Part shown: in pieces, positions 1-12,951 of the stretch
How positions within the stretch are numbered: the stretch's first letter is position 1
Layout: the number at the start of each line of letters is the position of its first letter
Source of the DNA: Felis catus
Lineage: Eukaryota
Length of the DNA: 64,000 bases
Assembly (NCBI RefSeq): GCF_018350175.1
Contig: NC_058370.1
Span: 55,862,001-55,926,000 of the forward strand
Reading direction: 5' to 3'
The notes under the pieces: model-generated
Seen by the model: only the letters and a program-made list of their open reading frames with translations
What the model was told of the DNA's origin: nothing
Databases searched by the model: none
Made by a program: the position numbers and the translations under genes

Positions 1-23
1 ATACCAACTGTGATAGTTTAGAT

Positions 24-210
24 CAGTGATTCTCAAAGTGTAGGTTCTGGACAAACAGCATCAGCATCACCAGAGAACTCGTTAGAAATGCAAATTATCA
101 GGTGCCACACCAGACCTACCAAATCAGAAACTCCATTGATGGGGCCCGGCAATCCAGTTTAACAAACCCTCCAGGGAATTCCGATGTATGTTAATCTTTG
201 ACAATTATTT
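24..210 (+). mobile_element. MER5A-like hAT-Charlie non-autonomous DNA transposon
   Basis: CAGTGATTCTCAAAGTG...CAGCATCAGCATCACC...GTTAGAAATGCAAATT...CCAGACCTAC...AACAAACCCTCCAGG follows the MER5A consensus from end to end. Confidence 0.85.
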
Positions 211-214
211 TTCA

Positions 215-430
215 GCCCTCTTTTTCCTCCCCTACTGGGGGCATGAGCCCTTCCTAGCCCCATTCATGTTGGATGTGGCCACGTGACTTGCATTGGCCAA
301 TGGAATGTTAGTCAATGTGATATAAGCCTTAGATGTATTTGTGTGGCTTTGGGTTGGCTCTGGTGCTCCAGGGATTGGTCACAAGAAGAACATGTCCTGG
401 GTCCAAGAGAGTGTAAGGTTAGATGGAACA
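215..430 (+). mobile_element. MaLR LTR fragment (MLT1H/I-like)
   Basis: GGCCACGTGACTTGCATTGGCCAATGGAATGTTAG and AAGAAGAACATGTCC are typical MLT1 motifs; ends are approximate. Confidence 0.65.
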
Positions 431-878
431 GAACAGTTCAGTGTGTTTCAAAAAGAACTGGAAACAGAAATAAACTCTTTGGATGTCTATCTTTCTCTTA
501 GTCTCGACTTCCCCGTGGACAATATATGACACACTAGGAAGCAAATAGTCCAGTGAATGAACAGTCTATTACTATGTTGCTACAAATAAACAGATAGATA
601 ATAAATAAATGGAGAGAACTGATTAGTTGAAGTACAGTACACATTTTAGACTAACTTTGTTTAGATGACCTTCCGGATTCTTTAGGAGTAAAATAACACT
701 CTCATCACAGCAGATTGAATAAATAAAGCAGACGGAGTAACTTTATTTTTTCATGTTATATGATGTCTGGAGAGAGATGGACCCCGTCACTGTTCCGGGG
801 GTTGATAATATCAGGATCAGCATGTCTGTGGAGAAGCGGCGGGCACTAACTGAGCTGGTCTCATCGCAGGTATTTCAA

Positions 879-879
879 C

Positions 880-922
<43 letters not shown>

Positions 923-1106
923 GGACAGAGAGAGACAGAGCATGAACGGGAGAGGGGCAGAGAGAGAGGGAGACACAGAATCGGAAACAGGCTCCAGGCT
1001 CCGAGCCATCAGCCCAGAGCCTGACACGGGGCTCGAACTCATGGACCGCGCGATCGTGACCTGGCTGAAGTCGGACGCTTAACCGACTGCGCCACCCAGG
1101 CGCCCC
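879..1106 (-). mobile_element. Can-SINE, young felid type (SINEC_Fc-like)
   Basis: Reverse complement of the felid SINE, ending ...GCCACCCAGGCGCCCC at 1106. Flanking direct repeat CATCGCAGGTATTTCAA at 862-878 and 1109-1125. Confidence 0.97.
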
Positions 1107-1482
1107 GACATCGCAGGTATTTCAAATAGAGGGTGTTTAATAAAGGAAGTTGTTAACATAAGTGATGGGGGAGCAGAGACCCAACTGGGGATTGAAACCC
1201 TTCCAATGTTAGCAACAGCATTAAGGACTAGAGAGATAAGAAGGAATAAATCTGAGGCTACATAGGCTGCCAGAGATCTCCAGCTATCAGAGTTCAGATG
1301 CCTCTAGCATTCTCCTGCGCCTGAGGGTACTTTGTATTACCTTCCGTCACTTCCCACAATCCTCCCAGTTCTTCCTCGATTACTCATAGGTAGATCACTT
1401 GCATCCACATCCTTATCTAAGGGTGCTGAAGATTACCCATCATGCTTTCAGAAAACACTTCTGTTAAATAGACAGGTTCCTT

Positions 1483-1705
1483 GGGGCGCCTGGGTGGCCC
1501 AGTCAGCTAAGCGTCCGACTCTCGATTTCAGCTCAGGTCACGATCTCATGTGTTGTGGAGGTTACGCTCCGTGTCGGGCTCTGTGGAACCTGCTTTGGAT
1601 TCCCCCTCTCCCTCTCTCTCTGCCCTTCCCCTGCTCGCACCCTCTTTCTCTCTCAAAATAAATCAATGAACTTAAAAATAAACTTTAAAAATACTTTATA
1701 AAAAA
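1483..1705 (+). mobile_element. Can-SINE (older)
   Basis: GGGGCGCCTGGGTGGCCCAGTC head, CT-rich body, AATAAA and A-rich tail; degenerate TSD ending GGTTCCT. Confidence 0.93.
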
Positions 1706-1874
1706 TAAACCGGTTCCTCTTTTAGAACAGGTGATTTTTTTAACAAAATGGACCTGAAACAGAGAGGCCAGGAGCCTCAGTGTTTTCTCCCAGAAGCAGA
1801 AGCCGAGACAAGGTTAAGCTTTACACATCTTGCCCAAGAAAACGTAAAAGCAATTGAACAAGCCTTTACAAATA

Positions 1875-2372
1875 TTTTTTAAGTTATGGGGGGTTACCTG
1901 TAACATACAATATTCTATCCTATTGTTCAGCGCACAGTACCCTGGTATTGAGCACGTTTACGTTGCTGTGAAACCATCATCACCGTCCATCTCTTGAACT
2001 CTTCCATCTTGCACAACTGAAACTCTGGCCCCATTAAACGCTAACTCCCTGTTGCCCTCTCCCCCAGCCTCTGGCACTCGCCATTCTCCTTTCTGTCTCC
2101 ATGAGCTTGACCACTTTTAGGAACCTCCTGTAAGTGAAATTATGCAGTCTTTGCCCTTTTGTGACTGGCTTATTTCACTTAGCAGAACGTCCTCATGCTT
2201 CATCCCAATCGCAGACGTTGGGGTTTCCTTCCTTTTTAAGACTGAGGAAAATTCCATTGTATGTATGTAGGTACCACATTTTGCTGGTCCATTCATCGAT
2301 GGACGCTTGGGTCACTTCCAGTTTTCGGCTGTTGTGAATAATGTGGCTACACACTTGAGTATACAAGAAATC
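1875..2372 (-). mobile_element. L1 3' fragment (L1MB-like; ORF2 C-terminus plus 3'UTR)
   Basis: Minus-strand translation SIDEWTSKMWYLHT matches the L1 ORF2 C-terminal DEWINKMWYIHT motif; L1MB-type 3'UTR follows. Confidence 0.88.
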
Positions 2373-2983
2373 GAACAACTCTTACTCACAGCCGTGTTCC
2401 TTGAGAAGTCGATAAAGGAGAGAAGCTTACACAGAACACAGGTCAGTGTGGATATGCTAAATTTGAATTAATTGTGTCTAGTTAGCTTCTGGAAACATAA
2501 ACAGAGATGCCAAACTAGATGCCTTGGCAGGGGCCAAACATGCAAAGAGAAGTCTGAAAATTATGAACAAAGGGGAAATTTATAAAACACTTAAGTGATT
2601 TTCATTAGGGTGTGAGTGGACTGGACTATATTGCTGAGGTGAGGGGGTGTGTTGGATTTTCTAGACTCTTCCTTAAGACGAATGGCAGAAACCCAAGCTC
2701 TACAAAATATAGAGATGTTGGATGGAGAAAGCACATAGAAGGAAGACAAGATTGAGAACCAGTGTTTTGTAAAGATAATCTATAGGAGCTGAATTGGTAG
2801 CAGAGAGAGGGCCATTTGCTGACAGGACAGCATGCAGTTTCTAGTGGAGATCTTGAAATATTGGAAGGAAATACAGTCCTTTTGAAACTTGAGGTCAGAG
2901 GAAATCCATAGAAGGAGAGACTGAGAAGTCATTAAGAACTACTTATTTACTTGTTTCACAAACAATGCTTGGGCAGCACTCTC

Positions 2984-3543
2984 TGTGGTAGATTATACTA
3001 TCCAAGTATAGCCATTACCCAATGCTCTTCTAGAACTGTGCCCACACTCCCAACAGGAAGTAGTGTCTTATTTCCCTCTCCCGGAATCTGGATACGCTTG
3101 GGATTCACTTGTAAATAAGAGAATGCAGTGGAAATGGTGCTGTGTGACTCCGGTGCCTCGGCTGGAAAAGTCTTCATAGCTTCTGCCTTTCTGTTGGAAT
3201 GCTGAGTCTTGAAGCTTTCAGTTCTCATGAGTCATCTTCTTGTCCCAAGGCAGCCATGTTGTGAGGAAGCCCAACTAGCCAGATAAAGAGACACCACACC
3301 GAGAGGCCCTGAGACCTCTCCATGTAAGAGATAAAGACGCCCGGAAAGTCCATTCCTGGTGGTTAGGCTTCCTGCACCTGCATGGGAGACGTTGAGGCAG
3401 AACCATTGAAACTGTAGGTCAGGAATTAAAGCTCCCTGACTCCTGACCCACAGAGCCAGTGAGAGATAATAAGATAATTGTTGTTGTTTTCAACAACAAC
3501 TACATTTTGGAGAGATTTGACATGGCTGTGGATAACCAGAGCA
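2984..3543 (+). mobile_element. MaLR solo LTR (MLT1F/H-like) inserted into an L2 3' end
   Basis: TGTGGTAG start, CAGCCATGTTGTGAGGAAGCCCAA, CTCCTGACCCACAGA and GATAACCAGAGCA end. Flanks 2942-2983 and 3544-3640 join into a minus-strand L2 tail. Confidence 0.8.
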
Positions 3544-4808
3544 CTGCTTTGGGACCAGGCATTGTTTTAGGCACTGACGTACGGCGGTTTGAAAATCCAA
3601 GTGTCCTTGTCTGTATTTACAGACCAGGTAGAAACAGAGTCACTGAGGATAACTAGCGAGAACACTTCTCAAAGTGATAGGACGGAACGACTAAGAATAG
3701 TGAAAGAGGACAATGACCAATGACCAGGTGTGTTCGGAACTTTCTCGGCATTTGGGGGTGAACGAGAGGAAAATGCCTTAAACGTAAGATAAGCAGTGTC
3801 CCTCCCCTACTTCCTCGCTGCTGGATAGGATAGGATCGAGGAGGGCAAAGCACCTAAAAGGGCAACTTAAGAGGGAAAAACACAACCTTTAATGTCTCAC
3901 TGGGACAAAGTGTAACTTGAGTGACGCAGAGGTGTTGAGTCAGTTCCTAGAGATGGGTTAAATGTTGTTACAATCATCCCCCTTTTGGGGGCACTCAGGG
4001 GTCATGCTTCCTTTCAGGTGCTTCTTGTGAAGCCGTGGGCAGAACCATGCCTAGCCGTGGGTGCTTTGTGGCCAGAACAAAGGGCAAAATAAATGTATAT
4101 CCCACCCCACCACCCCACATACATAATTTATAGCATTTTAATCTTCCTACTTGTCTCTGCTTATGAATTTCTTATAGAATTATTTAATGATGTGAGTTCA
4201 ATGGGCAATTTCAAAATCTACTTAATTTACCATTTCTTTTCTCAGCGATGCAGTGAGGCACTGAGAACCATACTGCAGAGGTAGCAGCCTGAATGCGCTT
4301 GAGAGAAAAAAAATCATCCAACGCCAGACAATTAATACGTAGGCAGGCTCCTGCCCTCTATCCCTGGGTCCCAATAACCCTGACAGGATGCTGGGGAGTT
4401 TCACAGATCAGAGAGAGACAGAGTTGTGTTAAAGGAACAGCATCAGACGTACCTCATGCCCAGTCTTGGAATGCCCCTGGTGTCTCTAGGTGTCCTATGA
4501 GGCGAAGGGAACGAGTTTTACAGGGCAAATGCAATAAACGCAAAGGAGAAAAGGATGTAATCTTAAACTGAGTCAGTAGTCTGGACGAGGAGACACGAAG
4601 AATCTGCCCGGGAGCATGGGAGAAACTTGTTACAGTAATAAGCTCAGGGAGCACACGTGCCGATCTCTGACATCGGTGAATATACATTGGTAAGTCACGA
4701 GGCATGTGAACGTTCAAGATTCTTCTGGATGGACCGACCACGCTGAGACAAAGGATGGAGCATGGAATGAGAGACCACACAAAAGCAGGTGTTAAGAGTC
4801 CTCACCTG

Positions 4809-5036
4809 GGGGCGCCTGGGTGGCGCAGTCGGTTAAGCGTCCGACTTCAGCCAGGTCACGATCTCGCGGTCCGGGAGTTCAAGCCCCGCGTCAGGCTCTG
4901 GGCTGATGGCTCAGAGCCTGGAGCCTGTTTCCGATTCTGTGTCTCCCTCTCTCTCTGCCCCTCCCCCGTTCATGCTCTGTCTCTCTCTGTCCCAAAAATA
5001 AATAAACGTTGAAAAAAAAAATTAAAAAAAAAAAAA
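4809..5036 (+). mobile_element. Can-SINE, young felid type, full length
   Basis: Near-consensus body; perfect TSD AAGAGTCCTCACCTG at 4794-4808 and 5037-5051, at a TT/AAGA L1-endonuclease-type site. Confidence 0.98.
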
Positions 5037-5160
5037 AAGAGTCCTCACCTGGCAGACACATCCGATTCACTGCCACCGGCCCTTCTCCCACGACATCTCC
5101 CTCCCAAAGCACTGGCAAAGCTGTTGGATGGCCAGATGGGTCTCACCTGCAGGACACACA

Positions 5161-6060
5161 CCTGTCCTCCTGGACAACTTAGAGCGGCCCATGATGTCTT
5201 ACGGCAAGTCGGTTTCAGAGCCCTCGTCCTTTGCGTGGGGCAAAGCGGTAGGTCACGGTTTCAAATGCCGGGTGGTCACAACCGAAGGGCATTAGCTCAC
5301 CGGGGAAGGACTTCAGATGACCTTTACCCAGCCTCGTATGAAACGAGGCTCTCGGTCTCCGCTCAGCTTTTCACGGTCGAGGCGTCTGCACCGCTCAACG
5401 GACGCTAACCGTCCACAGTAGGGAGAGGGGGACGCACACCAGGGCTTTCCGTCTCCTTGATAGACACGGCAGGAAGGTGTCCGGTCTCACGGACGGAAAG
5501 CCGCAGACGTCAACACCGTCAACTGAGCCACAGGCATCAGCATAAAACTCAAACCCGAGAGAGGCTCAAATTAGTATCCAAACATGCCTCTGTTTCCTTA
5601 ATGCTCATTCAGACAGAGGTTCAATGGCTGGAAATTATTGAAATGAGGCAGATGTCACGGGGATGCTGCACAGGCAGCTCCTCTTCAGTGGCAGTCATTG
5701 TGTGCCTCCAGCTTCAGGATCCTTGTTAAATCTCCACATCGTGCCCGGCCCTAAAGTACCTGCCGGGGCAGTTTTCCCGTTCGCCGCAAGAGTTGCACAA
5801 ATGTACTAATGGAGCTGAAGGCTCTGGGATCGGCCTGGAGCTGCGTCATTTTCCCGATCGTTAGACGGAGAGCCCCCGTGCCCCGCTGCCACCGTGCGCA
5901 TCATTTCGGAGCGCCATTCCCTTCCTCCCCTGTGGTCCGTGGCTTCGCTCGGCGCCTCCCACCGACCGGCACCACCGGGCCTCCGTGTGTACCTTGCACG
6001 GGAAGAGAAAACGGTCTTGAAATAATAGACTTCCTCGTGGTTTCTCAATCGGGTACAATC
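5161..6060. promoter_or_regulatory. CpG-rich region (orphan CpG-island-like)
   Basis: About 60 CpG counted by hand in 900 bp, in two lobes around a CpG-poor core at 5521-5700; no associated gene start seen. Confidence 0.55.
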
Positions 6061-6579
6061 AGGGTTGTTTTTCATTTTTCAAGCCAACCCGTGTAAAGCG
6101 TCTAAGAGGTGAGGGAATAAATACACGACTTTATGCTGGGGTGGGGGTTAACTGTTTTTGCAAAGGTGGCCCAAGCCAAGGCATCGGGACTGGAGGTGGA
6201 GGGAGGCTTAAATATAGGTCTTTTTTTTTCCCCCTCTAAATCTGTAACCTGCAACAATGTCTTGCAACATTTCGCCTATTCTGAGAACTGCAGCCTATGT
6301 TGGTAAAGAAGCTCCCGTGATATTTCCTACTTCAGGAGGGGGGGTGAGGGGAACCCTCCAGAGGTGGCCAACAGATGTAATGAAAGTCCCAGTTTTCTTC
6401 GGTGGAAAAAATGTCTTTATATGCAGGCAGGATATATGACAGTGCACATATTTTTTGTGCTAAGTATTCAACCTAAGTTAAATACTGAAAATATGAGAGG
6501 AAAAAATATTGCCCGATTCAGTATCTGACCTCACCTTACTTTAGAGCAAGGTTGTAAAATCCAGCAGAATGGCTTTCTT

Positions 6580-6810
6580 TCTTTCTTTTACAGATTTTAT
6601 TTAATTTTTTAAATGTTAATTTATTTTTGAGAGAGAGAGAGAGAGAGCGTGAGGGAGGGAGGGGCGGAGAGAAAAGGAGACAGAGGATCCAAAGCAGATT
6701 CTATGCTGAGAGAGCAGCGTCCGCACGATGTGGGGCTCAAACCCCAAACTATGAGATCATGACCTGAGCCAAAGTCAGATGCTTAACTGACTGAGCCACC
6801 CAGCCGCCCC
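6580..6810 (-). mobile_element. Can-SINE
   Basis: Reverse SINE; TSD GAATGGCTTTCTT at 6567-6579 and 6813-6825. Confidence 0.95.
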
Positions 6811-7806
6811 CCGAATGGCTTTCTTAAACTTCCTTATACGAACCTAAACTCAGCAGAGAATCTTACTTAGAATATGTAGCTTTTGTTCTCTTCTCTTCCA
6901 ACAACACCATCAAAAAAAGGAAGAAAAATAATCTGTCATGTGTATATATATTCTTTGAGAGTTCAAGTATTTTTAAATGTAAAAACTTTTAAGTGCAACA
7001 TAAAAAAAGTAGCTGAGAGCTATAAATATGTTTTTGACTTCACAAAAGAAATATTTCATAATTTACACTCTCCATTCTTGAGGGAAGAGCAAGTTTACCA
7101 CTCATGAATTATTGGTTTCTTCTTCTTGGTTAGATATTCACTGTCTGTCCATCTGTCTTGTTCATATTTTTTCCTGTTGATTTTTAGCACTCTTAGAAAT
7201 AAGGAATGCATTTCAAACTCGATGCACAGGGGATTTCATTATAAATTGTGGCAAACTGGGAAAACGCAGACTTGATGTGTTAACCTCTGCAAACTGGTGT
7301 GGGAAGCTGGGTTGGTAAATTCGTGGTGATGGCTGCGGATGCTCTTTGGATTATGTACTAGAATCACATCGCTTAAAAATAATTATGTCCATTTAACTTT
7401 CCTTAGAAAAATTCAAGAACTTTTTAATGCTGTAATCTGTTAAGACTTAGGTATGTGAGTTGCTTTTGAATCACCAGGAAGCTAAAGTACCTGTACGTTC
7501 CAAATTGTAGTCAGTTGCAAACAAACGCTAAACGATAGTTGGGAAGGCAACACACACTGTCTCTGGAGGCTTGTCTGGACGTTACATAAAAATGCCCAGA
7601 CTGGGAACTTCACAGGTAACCTACACGCCGTTGATCACGATTGCACGTGCATACACTTTCTCTGTCCTCCTGCCGTGCGTTTGTATCGATGTCGCACATA
7701 TAAAAACCAAACATAGGTAGAAAGAGTCTTAGTTTTAGAAAAAGCTTGGTTTTGGAACAGATTGGAATTTGGGTTTTAGTCATCCAAGATGTGATAAACC
7801 ACACTG

Positions 7807-8540
7807 NNNNNNNNNNNNNNNNNNNNNNNNNNNNNNNNNNNNNNNNNNNNNNNNNNNNNNNNNNNNNNNNNNNNNNNNNNNNNNNNNNNNNNNNNNNNNN
7901 NNNNNNNNNNNNNNNNNNNNNNNNNNNNNNNNNNNNNNNNNNNNNNNNNNNNNNNNNNNNNNNNNNNNNNATATTACTTTATAGTTTTTTACCTTTATCT
8001 TCAGAATTAGCTGANNNNNNNNNNNNNNNNNNNNNNNNNNNNNNNNNNNNNNNNNNNNNNNNNNNNNNNNNNNNNNNNNNNNNNNNNNNNNNNNNNNNNN
8101 NNNNNNNNNNNNNNNNNNNNNNNNNNNNNNNNNNNNNNNNNNNNNNNNNNNNNNNNNNNNNNNNNNNNNNNNNNNNNNNNNNNNNNNNNNNNNNNNNNNN
8201 NNNNNNNNNNNNNNNNNNNNNNNNNNNNNNNNNNNNNNNNNNNNNNNNNNNNNNNNNNNNNNNNNNNNNNNNNNNNNNNNNNNNNNNNNNNNNNNNNNNN
8301 NNNNNNNNNNNNNNNNNNNNNNNNNNNNNNNNNNNNNNNNNNNNNNNNNNNNNNNNNNNNNNNNNNNNNNNNNNNNNNNNNNNNNNNNNNNNNNNNNNNN
8401 NNNNNNNNNNNNNNNNNNNNNNNNNNNNNNNNNNNNNNNNNNNNNNNNNNNNNNNNNNNNNNNNNNNNNNNNNNNNNNNNNNNNNNNNNNNNNNNNNNNN
8501 NNNNNNNNNNNNNNNNNNNNNNNNNNNNNNNNNNNNNNNN
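7807..8540. other. N-blocks 7807-7970 (164 nt) and 8015-8540 (526 nt) with a 44-nt island
   Basis: Directly visible. Confidence 0.99.
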
Positions 8541-10029
8541 GCTTTGCGCCTACAATAATGGGGATGAAACTGTTAATGACCTTCCACTTTCCCTGTAACA
8601 TCTGTCCCGAGGCTGGTTGTATTGCAGACTGGGCGCGTGACCAGTTTAGACAGGGCTGTGTTCTCTGTGCGTTGGCCAATCCAAGGGTTCCACCGAGGAG
8701 GACCAAAGCTGTGGCTAGCTCCTGTTTCCCGGCTGCGGTGGTGAGAAGTCAAGGTTTATGGTGACACGGATAGTCGCACCCATGTCACGGAATCGTTAGT
8801 GTATGAAGCGCTGAAAACCTATTCTGCGCGTATGTCATCGTTAGCGACAGCTTCTGATTTTCTTTCCAACAAGTGCTGTCTTTTAAAGTTTAATTGACAG
8901 TACTTGAGTTGACATACTTAAAAAAAAAAAATGATGCCTACGAAATTTTCTCTGCAAACTTTCTCTCCCGTGTGCGTGCTATTTTAACAATCCAGAGAAA
9001 ATCTGTATGCAAAAAAAAAAAAACCAAAAAACAAAAAAAAAAAACCATCCACCCCACCCCCTCCCAGATTTAAGTAGCCACACCCCAAGTTCACGTTCCG
9101 CTGAGTAAAATATGCACGGGTTGAATTTGATGAACAAGAAACCTGTGTAAATTTCTCCCATAATGCACCTTCACAAACTCTTTCCTTTTCACAGGTAGAG
9201 AAACCATAAACATGTTCATGAATGGGCTCTATGTGCCTGGCATTTTTTTTTTTTCCTCATATAGGGTTTATTTCAGAGTTCTAAACCACAGACACCGTGT
9301 CTACCTTTTGATGAAATGGCCAACTAATTAAAACATAAATTTAGAGTCCCCTTGCCACCTCTGACAGTACTTTCAGCTTTCAGGGTTAGCATCCGTGAAT
9401 TAAATATTGATCCCAAATGTAAAGTGCCGCCATTGTGGAGTGATAAGGGCTTAGCTTTCAGAAGGAAGGACCAATCCCCGTGGCAGTTTGCACTGAATGT
9501 TTATGGGGATTTCCACCATGGTGGCTAAATTGAGCCATCCCTCCAAGATGTCCGGGAACACATGAATATTAATGTTAGCCAGCGTGGGGAGAGTAGATTA
9601 GCTGGGTGGACGTCACCCGTCACTTGGGCCCCTCAGGTTACCTGTGATGCAGGCAGAGATCCCTGCCTGCCCTCCCCCACGTTCCCAGCCACCCCTCCCG
9701 GAATACCACGCTTTTAAAAAAAAAGTGGCAGCTCTGGGAAATTTTCTTCATTTTTCTCTCCTTTCCGTTGCGTTTGTTGGAATGTCGAATGTTGTCGAAT
9801 GTCCTTTATTTCTCACATTTGCGTTTGTGACAAAGCTGCCCCAAATCTCTCTTGGGTACCTGGATATCCTGAGGCCAGTTGCAGGCCTGAAGTGCAGTTG
9901 GGAACACCTGGGATTTTCACCCATTTTGAAAAGTCTTCTCATCCTGGGCCTTAGCTCCCTGCCATCTGAGTTACAAAGCTCTACTCCCAATTGCCGACTC
10001 ACAAGTACGTTTGAGAAATAGCGCCTTTC

Positions 10030-10220
10030 CTTGGAAGTTCACAGCACATGTCAGCATAGTAAAGCCTCTGACAAGGTCTAGAGCAAAGAAGCCTGTTTAA
10101 CTGTGATTAACTCAGCATTCCCAAACCTTCCCAACTGATTTTTTTTTTTTTTTAATAGAGTAACAGTCAACATCTTATGGGGTACTAATCTTTCGTAGAA
10201 TCTATTTTGGGACATGCTTT
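10030..10220. mobile_element. hAT-Charlie-type MER fragment (subfamily uncertain)
   Basis: AAAGAAGCCTGTTTAACTGTGATTAACTCAGCATTCCCAAAC...TTTGGGACATGCT resembles old Charlie-family MERs. Confidence 0.5.
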
Positions 10221-10919
10221 CCTAAATTCCTGCTTGTAATAGTTATGTCTCAAGATTAGTCTGTGGTAGGAAAGGACAAGTTTGCGATTTGATCGATTAT
10301 GCTTTCTTCTCATTTGTGTTCGTACGTTTTGGTATAGCTTAAAGATACTCCACGGTTGACAAGTGGCCATTAGCAAATAAAATTATGTTTGGGGGAAAAA
10401 AAATTGGTTTGCAAAGCACAAGCTTGCTTGACTTTGATAGATCTCGCCGTTCATTCCAGGAATCTAAGTTTATCAAACAATGTTCATGTAGAAATTTTTT
10501 TCTGATTGAGACATAAGGTTTTCTTCAACTAATGATTAGAGTTTTCCAACTGATGTTAAACATATGGATAATTCACGAATGTGCTCATTTACCCTGCTGT
10601 GGAACATTATCTTTAGCTACAACACAATTATATTGTACATGAAAAGTTCTATCTAGACATATTTACATATATCTATATCTGCCTCTATTCCGGAAGCTTC
10701 AAGTTATGAGCAGGTAACTTCTGCTTGCAGTCTCAGCACACATTCCCCCTCCCCCCAATATGACAAATAGTGACTGTGTTCTAGATGTACCTTATAAAAG
10801 TGTTTAATCCATTGGAACTGTGTGACTAAAAAGCTACAAACTGTTAAGTTTACAGGCCCATGTCAGTAGAGTTGCCATGCCAGCAAATTAAACCAAATAG
10901 AAAAATGATAAGATAAAAG

Positions 10920-11141
10920 TTTTTTTTAAAAATTTTTTTTAACGTTTATTTATTTTTGAGACAGAGAGAGACAGAGCATGAACGGGGGAGGGGCAGAGAG
11001 AGGGAAACACAGAATCTGAAACCGGCTCCAGGCTCTGAGCTGTCAGCACAGAGCCCGACGTGGGGCTCGAACTCACGAACCGCGAGATCATGACCTGAGC
11101 CGAAGTCGGCGGCTTAACTGACTGAGCCACCCAGGCGCCCC
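10920..11141 (-). mobile_element. Can-SINE (felid)
   Basis: Full reverse SINE ending CCAGGCGCCCC at 11141; imperfect TSD GATAAG...AAAGTT. Confidence 0.96.
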
Positions 11142-11251
11142 GATAAGGTGATAAAGTTAACTAAGAAATCCTCTAACACGTTTGATCTAGGATACTAACA
11201 CTTGAAGAAATGTAGTTTTGATTTTAAAAGATGAGGTGTAGATTGAGGTGC

Positions 11252-11272
11252 GTGTGTGTGTGTGTGTGTGTG
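11252..11272. repeat. (TG)n microsatellite
   Basis: About 10 TG units. Confidence 0.95.
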
Positions 11273-11311
11273 GTGGGTCTTCTGAAGCAAACTTCTAACT
11301 GCAATATTTCT

Positions 11312-11516
11312 TTTTGTAAATTAACTAATTTATTTTTGAGGAGAGGGAGAGAGAGAGAGTGCACATGCAGGAGCCAGAGAGGGGTAGAGAGAGAGGGAGA
11401 GAATCCCGAGCAGGCTCCTCGCTGATGCGGGGCTTGATCTCATGAGCCCTGACATCACGGTCTGAGCGAAAATTAAGAGTCGGATGCTTAATTGACTGAG
11501 CCACCCACGCTCGCCC
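11312..11516 (-). mobile_element. Can-SINE (older)
   Basis: Reverse SINE; TSD TAACT(G/T)CAATATTTCT at 11296-11311 and 11517-11532. Confidence 0.92.
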
Positions 11517-12149
11517 TAACTTCAATATTTCTAAATACTGTCCCAAACTTAATGTGCTGCCCACCCTGGCCTTCCATTCAGACAGATCACGACAGGTCTT
11601 TTTCCAAGAAAAAAAGAAGAAAGGAAGGAAGGAGGGGGAGGAAGGGTGGGAAAGAGAGTGAGAAGAAGAAATAGAGTTCCTCTGATGGATTAGGTAAGAT
11701 GTGAGAAGTGAAATACAGAAAACCTGGGGGGAACAGCATTTGTGCGGTACTTTTCCCGAAGGTGGCCATTTTGAGAAGGGAGTCAGGAAGGGGCAGACCA
11801 GTCTTACTATCATATGCCCGGGGTGCAGTTTGTCTCGAATTGTGCCTCAAACACCTGCATAACCATCAAGCCTCAACTTTTTTTCTCGCGTCTGTCATAG
11901 AGTTCAGTCCATGTGACTCAGTTTCAATTCCATTTCCTTGCTTGGCTGTATGGTTCTTCACCGAGCCTGGTGCTTGGGCACCCCAACCTCTGCCAGTCCT
12001 TTCTCCCAGAAGGCTGGTCCGTATGTTCCACCCACTGCCTTATCACCTGACGCTGACCCCCGTCTTGCCCACCCCCTCCGCTCCATCTGCCTCCTTTTCC
12101 TCGGGATCCAAGCGTGCTCCCCTTGGTCCTGGGTACTCTTCAGGGGCAT

Positions 12150-12697
12150 CTTACCACCTGGGCTCAGGTAAACCCTTCACTGCTGTCCATGCTTCCAGTA
12201 TCCCCAGTCCATGCCTTATACTGGACTCCGAGTCGTGTTAGGAAATGCCAGTCCGGGCTTTCCAGAATCCTCCTGAGTCCCGCACCTGGCAAGGTCCGTA
12301 TTCTTTAGCATGATCCGTTTCCTACGTCTCCTACTTTGTTTTCTGCCTGCTCTGCCCCAGTTCATCTGATCTCCTGGCTATTCCTCAGATGCACCGTGTT
12401 TACTCTCAGATCCGTGTCTTTGCACATCAGGTTCCCTCCCCCTAACTTCTTTTCCTATTAACTGCCTCCTACTCATCAATACTGAATTCATTTATCATGT
12501 CTTTTGAAAATCTCAGTCTCTGGCTAAGCAAGATGCACCTACTCACTGAATTATAATTCACTGAACTGTAATTACTTTCTTGTCTCGCTTTGACCTGCTT
12601 GAGGACAAGGACGATGTCTTTCATTTTGTATCGCAAGCTTGTAAGACTGTTTCTTGGAACATAGTAGGTACTTACAAAGTATTCATTGAATGAATGG
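12150..12697 (+). mobile_element. L2 3' fragment
   Basis: Ends ...GGAACATAGTAGGTACTTACAAAGTATTCATTGAATGAATG, the L2 terminus; the 5' boundary is approximate. Confidence 0.75.
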
Positions 12698-12951
12698 ACC
12701 AAAGATTATACAGCAACGTCACGTACTGGATCATTCCCTTCTCTGGGATATTGCAGAACTGCAGAATTCTTTAATGGTCAACAGTTAGATTTTTGTTAAT
12801 AGACATTAGCTACATGATATAGAGAAAAAGATACTTGTAGTATCCATGTAAATAGACTAACAAGCGCTGATCTGCATGTGGTAGGATTGCAAGTGGTTTC
12901 ATCCAACCTTTCTGTGCGTGGGTGTGTTGTCTAAATTAAAAAAAAAGTTGG

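Noticed and set aside
11708-12241. 177-aa plus-strand ORF
   Set aside because: It has a non-ATG start, runs into pyrimidine-rich L2-derived sequence and has no recognisable homology.
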